A stretch of 64,000 nt of DNA from Nemertoderma westbladi (GCA_032718475.1 JAUCBJ010005946.1:1-64000), one strand, 5' to 3'; shown: positions 1 to 12,647, counted from the stretch's first letter. Numbers and translations: made by a program. The notes: a model not told the origin generated them from the sequence alone.

Positions 1-3000
1 AAGGCAGTGGTTTTAAGCAGACTTCAAAATACTGTGCAGTAGTGAATGAAGGTCAAGTTTTACATGCTCATAAATATGAAACTAAATCTAGTACTGGATT
101 CTTAAAAATAGAAACTTTTAATTGCAAGGGTTTTATCAGAAATAAATCATATATCATACAAAGATTGAATACTGAGAAACCAGATGTTCTGATGTTACAA
201 GAACACTGGCTTGGGCCTAGACAAGCTGACTTTTTCTTCAAGAGACAGTCTCTACATAAAGAATATACATGTGTTGATTACACAATCTCGTCAGAGATGC
301 TTAAACCCAAGCGGCGGATACGGGGAGAAGGGGGAACGGTTATATATATAAAAAATAACCTACAAGTATTTTGCAGTCCTTTAAACTTAAACTCTGAACG
401 TTTAACTGGTATTAGAATTGCTGGAGCTTTTGATAGAGACTTGGCAATAATCAATATATATCTCCCTTCAGATTGCAACAGACCTGAAGATAAAAATAAT
501 TATTTTCTTACCACTACTCACCTGGCTACTGTCATTGAAGAATGTCAGGCAGCTGGTTTGGGTATAATCATAGGAGGTGATATTAATGGGTCACTTAAAG
601 CAGATATTTTTCATCCCAGAGGATCTAGAAGTTATTCACATTTTGGACATATTTTTAACAATGTCATATTGAGAAATTATGACTTTACAGTTGCTGACAT
701 GTGTATAAAGGCATCTGGTCCAATGTCTACATACACCTTCAATAACAAATTTGGAGATATCATTCGTGAGAGTTACATTGATCACATATTAGTTGGAAAT
801 GAAATGTATGAAAATATCCGAGAGTCACTTGTACTAGAACATGATGAGAAAAACCTCTCTGATCATAGGCCAGTAAAGATACTCCTCCAATATAAAAAGA
901 GTCTCCAAGTGGAAGACAATCTACTACGATCTCGAATTAAACAAACTAAATTTGATTTCAAAAAGGCAACAAATGTACAGAAGGTTGCTTACAGAGAGGA
1001 AATCCGAGGAAAGCTTGAATCTGTAAATCACAATGTAACTTTAGATGAGAAAGTGAATATCCTAACAAATACTATAAACGAAGCATCCAAAAACAATATT
1101 CCTAGATTTTACTGGAAACCAAAAACTCATTTGAAATATCGCAAAAACTTAAAGGTGACTGGAAAACGTAGCACAAATTACTCAAAAGACTACCAAGACT
1201 ATCAACAACATATAAGAGATATTATTGCAACAAACAGGCATGATCCGAAACTTTTCTGGAAAAATATTAAGCCAGTAAAAGACAACTTCATTGTTCCAAA
1301 TCCTACATTACTATATCATGAAGTTAAAACACAATTCAACAACTGTATGCAACACAATGAAGATCCATCACTTCATACACCTGATCCCACATGTAGTAAT
1401 TCAAAGCCCGAGCTGGGGAAGACAGTCAAAGATGACTGTTCAACGAAGACAAACCCAAATAATATAACCCCAACAGAAATTGAATCCAATATAAAGGACC
1501 TTAACCGGCAGAAGGCAGCTGATATCAACAATATCATCTCAGAATCTTTATTTTATGGCCTATCCGATACACTTACGGGTTTCATTGCAGATATTTTCAA
1601 TGAGATTAACCGCAAAGGGAAAACCCCTCTTTCCTTCTCAACTAGTATAATATTTCCTGTTCCTAAACCAGCCAAGAAGAACTCTGTAATACAAAATTCA
1701 ACACGATTTCGAAATATAAGTATTATCACTGTTTTGGCAAAATTATGGGAGCGAACTATCATTAAAGAGCTTGAATGTCTGACTCTAAATGAACTCCAGC
1801 TTGGTTATAGAAAAGGCATAGGCAGTGAAACTGCTTATTTATTGGCATCCCAGCTAATTCGAAAGTTTAACAAGAAAAACTCAAAAATATATGCCTTATC
1901 TCTTGATATGTCGGCTGCATTCGATAAAGTTAGCTACACTATGCTTTTTGACAAACTGAGACAGTCAAAATTAAATGGCAACATTGTTGATGCTATAGAG
2001 ACATACTATAGAAATTCGGTCGCATATTTGAATTGTAATGGATATTGTTATGCAGAGCCGATTGCCTTGTGTCAAGGTGTGCGACAAGGTGGAGTCCTAT
2101 CCCCACTACTATTCAACTATTACATGACGGATTTAATTACTGAAATAGTGGAGAGCGGCCTAGGAGTTCACATAGCAAGGGAATCTTTTGCCATTTTAAC
2201 ATATGCAGATGATGTACTGCTGCTTGCTACACTTAAATCAGATTTACAGGAAATGCTGCAATTATCGAGCTGCTTCCTCGAGAAACACAACATGAAATTG
2301 AACTTCTCAAAATGTCACTTTCTATCCATAGAAACAGATGGCAGGTGTTCTACTAATGATAGCATAACCTTCTGCGGTAAAGTAGTAGATGCGGCTGATG
2401 GTTGTTTTTATATGGGTCTCCCGCTACCTTCACATCGGAATAGGCTCAAAGATCATCTCAACACCAAAGTCTGGTCTAACCTTTCTATGTTAAAAAATCG
2501 GGGTCTAACTGTGGATCAAATAACGCTTAAAATCTCCAGCTTAGTTTGGCGTATGATATGTCTACCCTCTATATCATATGGGGCCCTAGCCTTATCCAAC
2601 AATGAACTGACTGAAGTTGCAAGCAGCTGTAGGTCTGCCATGAGGGATATTATACACTTAAAGAGCTACATGCCAAATGCAGTGTTAGCTCAACTTTTTG
2701 AGATTGATGTGGAAAGTCACCTACGACTTACTAACTTTCGAGGACTATATAATACATTTAACACCTCCAATAAAAAGATATCTTCTTTCTTTGGGTCTTT
2801 ACTGTGTGACCACTGGACAGACGAGGATAATAAAGACTCAATTTTTACTCTTTATCAGATGTCCAGCTGGTATCATGACTTGCCACCACTGAATTCACTA
2901 GCTGTGCATAATTACTCCCCTCAACACTGCATACAAAAACGGAAGAAAGAGTTGCAGCACCAAATCACTGATCGTGATATGTTCCTCACGCTGATTAATC

Positions 3001-3478
3001 TATCTATCCTCAACAGGCCAGACATACCTATGTCACTGAGAAAGGAGGTTTTGCAAGAGACTAATAAGATGGTCTTGGTGGGCTTATAACTTCTGTTTTC
3101 GCTGGACATACTTATTTAGTTAACTGCACATTCATTTCAAGTAATATTTTAATGCAATTTTAATGTGAATCCTTTTCAGCTAACTGCACATTTAATTCAG
3201 TTTAATATTTAAATGCAATTTTAATGTGAACCGTTTATTGTGGTTCTCTTTTACATATACTCTGCGTCTGCTCTATACATCAGATGTTAACTGCACATTC
3301 ATTTCAAGTAATATTTTAATGCAATTTTAATGTGAATCCTTTTCAGCTAACTGCACATTTAATTCTGTTTAATATTTAAATGCAATTTTAATGTGAACCG
3401 TTTATTGTGGTTCTCTTTTACTAATTATGACTCTAATATAGCCGCCGGGGCGCAAGCCGGATAATAATAATAATAATA
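1..3478 (+). mobile_element. LINE body with 3' UTR, GC hairpin and (TAA)n tail
   Basis: ORF followed by a 3' UTR with an internal ~135-bp duplication (~3118-3254 and ~3286-3421), the GC-rich segment gccgccggggcgcaagccgg, then (ATA/TAA)n at 3461-3478. Confidence 0.85.
42..3089 (+). CDS. Non-LTR retrotransposon ORF2 (APE endonuclease + reverse transcriptase), CR1/L2-group-like
   Basis: Uninterrupted 1015-aa ORF with APE motifs (TFNCKG, LQEHWL, GDIN, IDHIL, SDH) and RT motifs (LDMSAAFD, QGVRQGGVLSP, YADD). The frame is also open upstream of 42, so the true start may lie outside the window. Confidence 0.95.
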   Translation: MNEGQVLHAHKYETKSSTGFLKIETFNCKGFIRNKSYIIQRLNTEKPDVLMLQEHWLGPRQADFFFKRQSLHKEYTCVDYTISSEMLKPKRRIRGEGGTVIYIKNNLQVFCSPLNLNSERLTGIRIAGAFDRDLAIINIYLPSDCNRPEDKNNYFLTTTHLATVIEECQAAGLGIIIGGDINGSLKADIFHPRGSRSYSHFGHIFNNVILRNYDFTVADMCIKASGPMSTYTFNNKFGDIIRESYIDHILVGNEMYENIRESLVLEHDEKNLSDHRPVKILLQYKKSLQVEDNLLRSRIKQTKFDFKKATNVQKVAYREEIRGKLESVNHNVTLDEKVNILTNTINEASKNNIPRFYWKPKTHLKYRKNLKVTGKRSTNYSKDYQDYQQHIRDIIATNRHDPKLFWKNIKPVKDNFIVPNPTLLYHEVKTQFNNCMQHNEDPSLHTPDPTCSNSKPELGKTVKDDCSTKTNPNNITPTEIESNIKDLNRQKAADINNIISESLFYGLSDTLTGFIADIFNEINRKGKTPLSFSTSIIFPVPKPAKKNSVIQNSTRFRNISIITVLAKLWERTIIKELECLTLNELQLGYRKGIGSETAYLLASQLIRKFNKKNSKIYALSLDMSAAFDKVSYTMLFDKLRQSKLNGNIVDAIETYYRNSVAYLNCNGYCYAEPIALCQGVRQGGVLSPLLFNYYMTDLITEIVESGLGVHIARESFAILTYADDVLLLATLKSDLQEMLQLSSCFLEKHNMKLNFSKCHFLSIETDGRCSTNDSITFCGKVVDAADGCFYMGLPLPSHRNRLKDHLNTKVWSNLSMLKNRGLTVDQITLKISSLVWRMICLPSISYGALALSNNELTEVASSCRSAMRDIIHLKSYMPNAVLAQLFEIDVESHLRLTNFRGLYNTFNTSNKKISSFFGSLLCDHWTDEDNKDSIFTLYQMSSWYHDLPPLNSLAVHNYSPQHCIQKRKKELQHQITDRDMFLTLINLSILNRPDIPMSLRKEVLQETNKMVLVGL

Positions 3479-4011
3479 GGGGAGGGAGGGGGTTCTGTTT
3501 ACTTACCCACAGCACTCCTACACAACACCAGTGACATTCTAATATCTTTCGTCAATCAGAGACAAATAACACCAGAGACATATTGCGATATTGGCACACT
3601 AAATTGTGCAGCTGGTATTTCTATGGGAAGTATTTAATTTACTAAATTAATTCACACGTTTTATTTACAATATTTATGTTTCTTGCTGGTTGTTTGCAAT
3701 GGAACAAAATTAAACATTGCTAGTGGATGGCGCATTCATTTCCTAATATAGCAATGCATTACTTTTTATGTTCAATATTCAATTAAAGTATCAGTATTAC
3801 TTCGCGTAGCACGTGAACGATGTATGTTATAAGTATCAATCCGAAAGTATTATAAACAATTATAAATAATATTGTCCTCTAGGGCCAGACTGGGTATTAA
3901 GGTGAAAAAAATATCTGCCATATATCAACTCCCCTCTAACGGCGAATAGTGTAATACATATCTACAAAAGTAATTTAAAAATTTCACGTGCTGTGCGTTG
4001 TGCGAAGCGAA

Positions 4012-4151
4012 ACAGGGGGGAATCTGTCGCATATCCCATCTGGGATATTTAATATTTCGCCTCACTGTTCAATTATCAATTAAGGGAAAATAGCAGGTTG
4101 CAGTGACACGTTATTCTAACCAAAACAATAAACTAAAGTCAATATAACAGG
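4012..4151 (-). repeat. Short dispersed repeat family (copy 1)
   Basis: Reverse complement matches 6837-7004 and 41646-41787 (core ttggttagaataacgtg..actgtaacctgct..tttccct, poly-C then tgt). Confidence 0.7.
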
Positions 4152-4417
4152 TTATATTTTTAATTTTGGGAGTAAAATGATGTTATTATTTAAAGCCCCC
4201 CCCCTCCACCCCTACCCCGCACCTCCATTCTGGTCAAGGCACCACTTCCTTAATTAATTATTTTAATTGTCGTGGACGAGATAAAATGAACACATAAAAA
4301 AAATAAGGTTTTGGCATCTTAAAAAGGCCAGTGCTTTTTTTAATTGCTGCTTTACTTCCGTAAAAGCAAGTAAAAGTAAATGACACATTTAAGGAAGATA
4401 ATTCATATTGATTTCAG

Positions 4418-6726
4418 GTGAACCGGTTGTTCGAGGAGAGCGATTCGCTCCTTGTGCTCTAAGATCACAAGAAGCCTCGAGGAATAGTTCAAGTGTACAA
4501 GATATAGCACTGGACCTCAGCATTCGAAAGTATACGACCAAGGTCTCAGAGGAGGTTCATGGTACTGAAAATCGGGATTGGAGCACCAAGAGAAAACGAC
4601 GAGTTTCTTCTGAAATAAACGAAATCATGCAAATTCCAAATAAAACTGTGAAGAATCATAGTAAACAACGCGGAGATGGCAGGTGGTCTTCGGATATAAC
4701 AACATTCTACGATGGAATTCCTGATTACCTCGCCGCAGTCAGACCAGGATTTATCAGCTATGTAAAAGACAAAGTCTACGATTCCAAACTGCTCCTGGAA
4801 ATGTATAACAATGTCATTAAAACTTTGGACCCTCTGGCGGCAATAGTCTGCAATATTATTTGCCCAGTTTGTGAAAAACGCTTCGGAAATATGTACGAGA
4901 TTGCTGTTCACATCTCCAACTTCAACCATCAAGGAAATTGTAATCCAAAGTTAGTGAAATTATTCCAGAAATGGGCGACGAAAGGAGTAAATTTGGCACA
5001 TATTGATGAGGTTGATAATGTTGACTCTGGTGTCAGTGAACCACTGACAACTAATCAAAGTTTTTCATGCCTCGGTACAACGGAAGGTGGAGATATGAAA
5101 AACATGTACTTTGATGGAAGTAAATATTCTACAAAAAATTTAATTGTTTCTGATATTCCTAAGCCTTCCTCGAAAACTGCAACTATAGATACTGCTACCC
5201 TCATTGTAGAGAAACCAAGAACTAAGGAAGTCAGAAAGAAATGTAATCAGTTACAGCCAGATTTGCCAATTTGGTGGCAACCGTCGATGGGTCTTACACC
5301 AACTGCCGTGTCGCAGTTGTTGTCCTACGAAAAAAAGCAAATACCTGACATTAAAAGCAGCGCAGCCGTCTCCCCAATTAGTACCCAACCCATTACAGTG
5401 TGTCATTATCCTTCTCAATTACGCGTACCTTCAACTGCAGTTGGTAGTAATTCGCGAACATCATCAGTTCAAACTAGTGGTGGAAATAATGAAAATAAAA
5501 ACTTAAGGAACGAGATTCTCAAATGCCTCGTGTGCAGCGACACATTCGATTCGATTTCTTCTCTGACAATCCACATTGCAACAAGCGGTCATTATCCGCG
5601 TTTTCTAATGGCAGAAGATGGAAAACCTAACCAAACCAGCATAAAAAACAACAACTGCGACTCCAAAACACTTACAAAGTTTGAAAGTCAAGTATTTTCA
5701 GGTGCAAATTGTTCTCATTGTAAACGGTTATTTCTTTCCGCTGAAACTTTTCTTAGTCATATTGCGATCTGTCGGGATTCAAGAATAAGTCGCTATACCG
5801 AGGTCGTTACTAACCCCGATATTCTATCCTGCAGACAATGCTGCACAGAGTTCGGCTCCATCGACGAGTTGGCACAGCATCTACTAGCAGGGCATAAAAC
5901 ATTACCGAGTGAAAAATCGTATAAGGAAAACAGTGAAACTCCAATGAACGAGGAATTGTCGCCGAGTTTTTCTGATGCTGGGTTTATTTGTGAACCTTTC
6001 CCGGATTGCTCTACGAACAAGCAAGAAACTGATAAACCTGTGCCACCCACAACCTCTACAACCCAGTGCAGATCAACTGTGCCACCCACAACCTCTACAA
6101 CCCAGTGCAGATCTACTGTGCCACCCACAACCACTACAACCCAGTACAGATCTACTGTGCCACCCCCAACCACTACAACCCAGTGCAGATCTACTGTGCT
6201 ACCCACAACCTCTACAACCCAGTGCAGATCTACTATGTTGTCGATGAATACAACCGAGGTAGAAGCACAAGTGCCATCACCAAAACGACGACCAAAAGGA
6301 AAGAAAAAAATACCCAAAAGTAACCACCGTGTCGCCACCAACCAGTCTGCTATGGGATCATCAGTTGTTTCGGAAGACAGGAATGAATATAATTTGAGGC
6401 TATTGGAACTTAAATCCATAGGAGAAGGCAACGACACATCTAAAAATAATACAACCCTACCGTTTACGGAGCTTAACAATCCGCAACTGGATAAATTACT
6501 GCACAATGGTTGGATGAGTGTCCCAGGCCCGGCTGTCAGTGAGATGTCGGCAACTCTAGGGCCTTCAGCTCCAATGGTGTTCTACCAGAGTGGGGAACGT
6601 GGTGGCTGCTACGAATGTATATTGTGTTCTAGAATATTTCACAGCCGCCACGCAGTCAAGGTTCACCTAAGTAAGGCTCACGACAAATCACCCCAAGATC
6701 ATACTGATTTCCTAATTGTGCTTTAG
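4418..6726 (+). CDS. tsh: Teashirt/tiptop (TSHZ) C2H2 zinc-finger transcription factor, large terminal exon
   Basis: Acceptor tttcag|G at 4417/4418. CtBP-type motif ALDLS, widely spaced fingers, a teashirt-type finger (ILKCLVCSDTFDSISSLTIHIATSGHY) and the diagnostic C-terminal finger CILCSRIFHSRHAVKVHLSKAHDKSPQDH. Confidence 0.85.
6040..6236 (+). repeat. Coding 39-bp minisatellite, 5 copies (VPPTTSTTQCRST)
   Basis: gtgccacccacaacctctacaacccagtgcagatctact repeated in frame within the tsh exon. Confidence 0.95.
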
Positions 6727-6836
6727 GAAGATTTATAACGTTAAACTGGAACATAACATATTACATAGATTAGGAGATAGGTTGGGGGGGGGGGGGGGGG
6801 GTGACTTTACACGCAATCAAAAAATCGACGCAAATA

Positions 6837-7004
6837 ACAGTTGATTGATTCTTAATTTATTGCTTTGCTTTGGTTAGAATAACGTAACACTGTAACCTGC
6901 TCCTTTCCCTAAATTGCTAATTTAACATTGAGACAAAATATTATTTCTCCGAGATGATATTTGCGTCCAGTCACCCCCCCCCCCCCCCCCCCCTCCCCCC
7001 TGTC
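6837..7004 (+). repeat. Short dispersed repeat family (copy 2)
   Basis: ttggttagaataacgtaacactgtaacctgctcctttccctaaattg...poly-C tgtc. Confidence 0.7.
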
Positions 7005-8365
7005 TATAAGTGTAGAGTTTTACGAGAGTAGAATAGATTATTTACTACAGTAGATACACATTACACATGCTAACAATATTTATTGAGTGCGTTCGAAACT
7101 CATTAAACAATTAAACTCATTAAGCTTTGACGCAACTGAAAACCAGGGGCGTGCCAAGGGGGGACACCTGCCCCTGGCCAGTGTGGGGAAGCGGGGCGCG
7201 GCTGAGCACCGATTAAAGTCGACTAGTTTCGGCCAACAATACTCCTATTATTTTACTTAATAATACTGTTAATATTTTTATGCGCATTTCTACACTCAAG
7301 GAATATCGTCTTCCATGGGACTTTCTTCCATGATTTATCTCAATGATGTCTCCTTGGTAGCACCTAATAAACTGTGATCGTTGGTGGTTCACCCAGCCAC
7401 CTACTACGGCTGTGATTTGTGATCAGTCAGGGTTTTTTTTATTTTAACTTTGGTGTGGCGTTAGTAAATAGTCGTCTACAACTCGAATATTGGCTGCAGT
7501 AGATAATCCTTCATTTGATACTATCGACCTACTGTACAGTACTTTTCACGTCAGCGGAAAATAGTGGCGAAAAATTTGATATCTTTTCAATTTTTAACTT
7601 GAAATATGAACGAAAGTCTAATTTCTTGGTATCTTCTGAAATTCTATCTTAGATGTTGGTTTAGGTGTTTTGGTTGATAAGAAATAAAATACAAGAAACA
7701 ATGGTTATTGGAATTGTATAATTCTTAGTTATACATATCTGTTATTTCGTTGTGAAGTAGGTAAATTGCCAAGTTGCCAAAATATGGAACTTTAGAGTTT
7801 AACATTATATATCTTTCTAGAAATGCGCGTGATGTTTTTCCCTGGCTACCAAATTCATCAAAACTTAATCCATTATCTAAGATAGGATGTTATTATCATA
7901 TTTTAAATATTATTTTGTGGTAGATACTGTATTATATTTATTGATATTTATTGAGGATGGTCATCTGAAAGAGCGACTCGGGTTGTATCCTGGCGAAATT
8001 ATTCCAGAACATATTCCTGTTTTCAAAAAGTAATGTAAACGTGTGTGTCTATACCAGGGGCGCGCTAAACTACAGTTTAGAACGCCTTGGTTTCTACTAA
8101 GAGATCCTACTATGGATCGTAAGAAGCATTACTATTCAACTAAAAGATACTTACCTACAAAATAATATATGAATAAGATAACAGTTTTGATATAAAGGCA
8201 TTTAATTTATCCAACGGATAAGTAAAATAAGTAGTTTATAAAAATTAATACAGTAATACTGTAGGAAGCACATTATAGTAAAAATAAATAAAATAGATAT
8301 AAGTATTAATTACACAGCCACATATTAGGGAGTTATTATTTAAATAAAATCGGGTATTGTAATAT

Positions 8366-8630
8366 TTATATTTGCTGAAGGTGGAATGCGAGGCTGAGGG
8401 TTGTGGGGCGAGCCACGTTGGTCAGCCCATTGCAGCCCATCGCATGGGCGGCAGTGGACGCCTGACCGCTGCATAGGCGGCAAATACATGCAGGGGTGGG
8501 CCGCCAGCATCTTGTTGAGCTGCAGAGTTTGTGATGGAAGCCGTTGGAAAGGAACTGCGCTCCCACCCTCCGCCGCTGGCCCGATAAATATTTGAGGTTG
8601 GTACTGGAGTTGTCTCCATTGTCAACCGCC
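8366..8630 (-). mobile_element. Possible retroelement fragment with a CCHC-like knuckle
   Basis: GC-rich island in AT-rich DNA encoding CRLCSGQASTAAHAMGC. Confidence 0.3.
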
Positions 8631-9195
8631 TCAAATAACAGAATAACAGTTTTCATAAGTAATAGGATAACTTATATAGTTACAGAAAGATGAATTAAAA
8701 AATACCGTTGGTAATTCTGAACAATAATTGCCTTCGCCTATTAACACAAGGACTTCTAGAACATGGTATATATTCAGTATATTTATAGTATATATATAGT
8801 GAATATATAATATGTTATAGAAGTCCTTGATTAACATTAGAAGACATCGGTATTGCCAATATAACCCGGGCGTTAGCTGCTGGGATAGTGAACGCGGAAT
8901 CCCAGCGATGGGAAAACAACTCGTTTAATTTCCAACAACAAGATGAACCCGTTGATTCACGCAGCAACTGTCAACGCGATGTAAATATAGTCCTAGAGAC
9001 TTGTATCTCAATCAGTGTGGCGGCAGAGTTGATATCATAGCAAAATTAAGAATTTAAGGATGAATTTCCACGATATATTATCCTTCCCATACTCGAGTGG
9101 CTGCCAAGAATGGCCAAGGTATTGAGGACTTTAAATATGTCACATAATTATTAATGTTGTGTTACTTTACTTAATTTGTACTTATACGTTGTATA

Positions 9196-10397
9196 ATGTA
9201 CGTAATAAACAAATCAAATCAAATCGAAACAAGAAATATTTTACGAAGATTAGGCGACATTTCATGGAAACTTAAATATATTCCACCGAGTTTAAATGAC
9301 CAATTCAACCGCATACTCAAGAAAGCTTTTCCGATTAGGGGGGCTAGTTTTCCTTTTCTCACAACAATAAAAATTATTCACATAAATAATGCCATTTTTA
9401 CTGGATCGTAAACAGCTGCTCTAATCTGATAACTCTACTAATTCCTTATTCTACCATCGCCATCTTTAAACTAAGGAGGGGACTTCATCTGCATCTGCGG
9501 GAACTGGATATCCAGCACATAGTCAGAGTCAGAGATAGTGAGAGTAGTCGCATTAATATTACTCTTACATCGCTTACTACCGCGGGTTAACATTATTTCA
9601 GATCTAACACAGAAACTCGTAAAGATTTCAACATCCCGTTTTCGATATCCGATAATAATATTCGATAATCGTGAACACTCAATCACTAAGTATATAAGTA
9701 TGTTTCTATCAGTTTGTCGAGATACACAGTTTGTCAGATTGAAGCTCAATTAGCACTTTGTTTCGATTGAAATGCCTATTGGTTCAGATCTTCTATTATT
9801 TATACAACTCAATAACTTCCCTTTGCTATCTGTGTTGAGTTTATCATGGCGGTGTTCTCCATCAAGGTTTTGTAAAGTTCTATCAGAAACTTTTCGGCCC
9901 CAAGTAAGTCTTCCTCAAGTTAAGGATTTGGTGGTTGGAGATGTTGACCAACTCTCGCTGTCCGATATAGGTCTTATATTTCCGAACATAAACACGTTGT
10001 CATTAAGCTCTTGTGATATTGTTGTTACGAGTAACCAACCTAACAATAACATTTTAATGAAGTCCTTCACACTCAGTGTAACTACTGTACCTCCAACAAC
10101 ATAAGTTTAATGGTAGCACTCCATTTTCTCCCACGGTTCACAACACTTAGGATTTCCTTACGTCCATGCCGTTGGTATCGAAGTGTGGATCTGGCAACCG
10201 CAGACGATATCTTCGAATTTGTCGATTCTGGCAATCTCGATGAGTGGAAATCTTTTGCTTTGTATCACCATTGTCGTTTACATTTGACAGATTCTTTAGC
10301 TTTTGCAGCATACTTTACCTCCGCGGTGTGGAAACGATGTAAGAAGTTGGCGAATTTTAAAGCTTCAGTATTATTGGCAAGTGGAAACGAACTCTGA
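9196..10397 (+). pseudogene. Decayed LRR (F-box/RNI-like) coding sequence
   Basis: Consecutive broken ORFs with LRR-like segments (FPLLSVLSLSW, LPQVKDLVV, FPNINTLSLSSC, LPRFTTLRISL), separated by stops and frameshifts. Confidence 0.4.
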
Positions 10398-10992
10398 GAA
10401 AATGGAAGTTCTGATTTCAATAGAATACCTATAAGAATGAATGTAATAGATATTGCATTGGATTTAGAATTGGCAACATACGAGAAAATAATGTTATTCT
10501 AGAATTTGATATTCTAGAATTTGAGTGATTAGCAATTAATTTTCAATGACAACTGAACTGAGCAAATATAATAATATACCTTTATACAATGATGATTAAT
10601 AATATTTTTAGTTAATTAATAGTTATTCTTGAAATGGCGTTGACTTTAAGTTTACACCAACACACTTAACAAATTTTTTATACATTTGCAGCCACACCCC
10701 ACCCTAGGGCCTACGTGAGGGGGGGGGGGGGATTTCCCCTGCCCGTCAGATTTTCTGAACTTAGACTAGGTAAACCACCACCTTGTAATTTGGAGGCCTT
10801 CATGGTGGTCAAATTGATACCACTTCGTAAATATTTATTCCAGAACATTAAATTAATTAAACAATTGGTGGGCCAGTTTGTTGTGAAGTTGAGTTGATTC
10901 TATCAGTCTAATATCAAATATAAATGTGGCCAGGATTTACCACAATTGCGTTGCCCCAGCCGCTTTTTCCTCTCGACGGCCCTGCCCCACGA

Positions 10993-12595
10993 TTAGATGT
11001 TCTCTCTTAGATGTTCTCTTTTAGATGTTAGATGATAGTTAGACGTTCCCTCTTACATGTTGGATGATAGTTAGATTGTCTCTCTTAGATGTTAGATGAT
11101 AGTTAGACGTTCTTTCTTAGATGTTAGATGATAGTTAGACTATCTCTCTTAGATGTTAGATGATAGTTAGATTTCTTCTCTTAGATGTTAGACGTTCTCT
11201 CTTAGATGTTAGATGATAGTTAGACGTTCTTTCTTATATGTTAGATGATAGTTAGACGTTCTTTCTTAGATGTTAGATGATAGTTAAATGTTCTCTCTTA
11301 GATGTTAGATGTTAGATGATAGTTAGATGTTACCTCTTAGATGTTAGATGTTCTCTCTTAGATGTTAGACGTTCTCTCTTAGATGTTAGATGATAGTTAG
11401 ACGTTCTTTCTAAGATGTTAGATGATAGTTAGATTGTCTCTCTTAGATGTTAGATGTTAGATGATAGTTAGATGTTACCTCTTAGATGTTAGATGTTCTC
11501 TCTTAGATGTTAGACGTTCTCTCTTAGATGTTAGATGATAGTTAGACGTTCTTTCTAAGATGTTAGATGATAGTTAGATTGTCTCTCTTAGATGTTAGAT
11601 GATAGTTAAACGTTCTTTCTTAGATGTTATATGATAGTTAGATGTTCTCTCTTAGATGTTAGATGTTAGATGATAGTTAGATGTTCTCTCTTAGATGTTA
11701 GACGTTCTCTCTTAGATGTTAGATGATAGTTAGACGTTCTTTCTTAGATGTTAGATGATAGTTAGACGTTCTTTCTTTGATGTTAGATGATAGTTAGACG
11801 TTCTCTCTTAGATGTTAGATGATAGTTAGACGTTCTCTCTTAGATGTTAGATGATAGTTAGACGTTCTCTCTTATATGTTAGATGATAGTTAGATGTTCT
11901 CTCTTAGATGTTCTCTTTTAGATGTTAGATGATAGTTAGACGTTCTCTCTTAGATGTTAGATGATAGTTAGATGTTCTCTCTTAGATGTTAGATGATAGT
12001 TAGACGTTCTCTCTTATATGTTAGATGATAGTTAGATGTTCTCTCTTAGATGTTCTCTTTTAGATGTTAGATGATAGTTAGACGTTCTCTCTTAGATGTT
12101 AGATGATAGTTAGACGTTCTTTCTTAGATGTTAGATGATAGTTAGATGTTCTCTCTTAGATGTTAGATGATAGTTAGACGTTCTCTCTTATATGTTAGAT
12201 GATAGTTAGACGTTCTCTCTTATATGTTAGATGATAGTTAGATGTTCTCTCTTAGATGTTCTCTCTTAGATGTTAGATGATAGTTAGACGTTCTCTCTTA
12301 TATGTTAGATGATAGTTAGATGTTCTCTCTTAGATGTTCTCTTTTAGATGTTAGATGATAGTTAGACGTTCTCTCTTAGATGTTAGATGATAGTTAGACG
12401 TTCTCTCTTAGATGTTAGATGATAGTTAGATGTTCTCTCTTAGATGTTAGATGATAGTTAGACGTTCTCTCTTATATGTTAGATGATAGTTAGACGTTCT
12501 CTCTTATATGTTAGATGATAGTTAGATGTTCTCTCTTAGATGTTCTCTCTTAGATGTTAGATGATAGTTAGACGTTCTCTCTTATATGTTAGATA
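10993..12595. repeat. ~32-bp satellite (atgttagatgatagttagacgttctctcttag), truncated at an adapter
   Basis: Directly visible tandem array with short sub-repeat variants. Confidence 0.95.
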
Positions 12596-12647
12596 AGTAC
12601 TCTGCGTTGATACCACTGCTTAAGCAGTGGTATCAACGCAGAGTACT
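12596..12647. other. Inverted dimer of the SMART/PacBio ultra-low-input amplification adapter (assembly artefact)
   Basis: Exact AGTACTCTGCGTTGATACCACTGCTT + AAGCAGTGGTATCAACGCAGAGTACT, a 52-bp perfect palindrome joining two unrelated satellites. Confidence 0.97.

Noticed and set aside
5793-6506. 237-aa antisense ORF
   Set aside because: Shadow of the tsh exon and its 39-bp repeat.
10993-12595. Common origin with the 44-bp satellite via shared atgttagat
   Set aside because: Only a 9-10 bp AT-rich match; the 44-bp unit is fully explained by exon B.
12596-12647. Biological 52-bp palindrome or recombination site
   Set aside because: Exact match to a synthetic amplification adapter.
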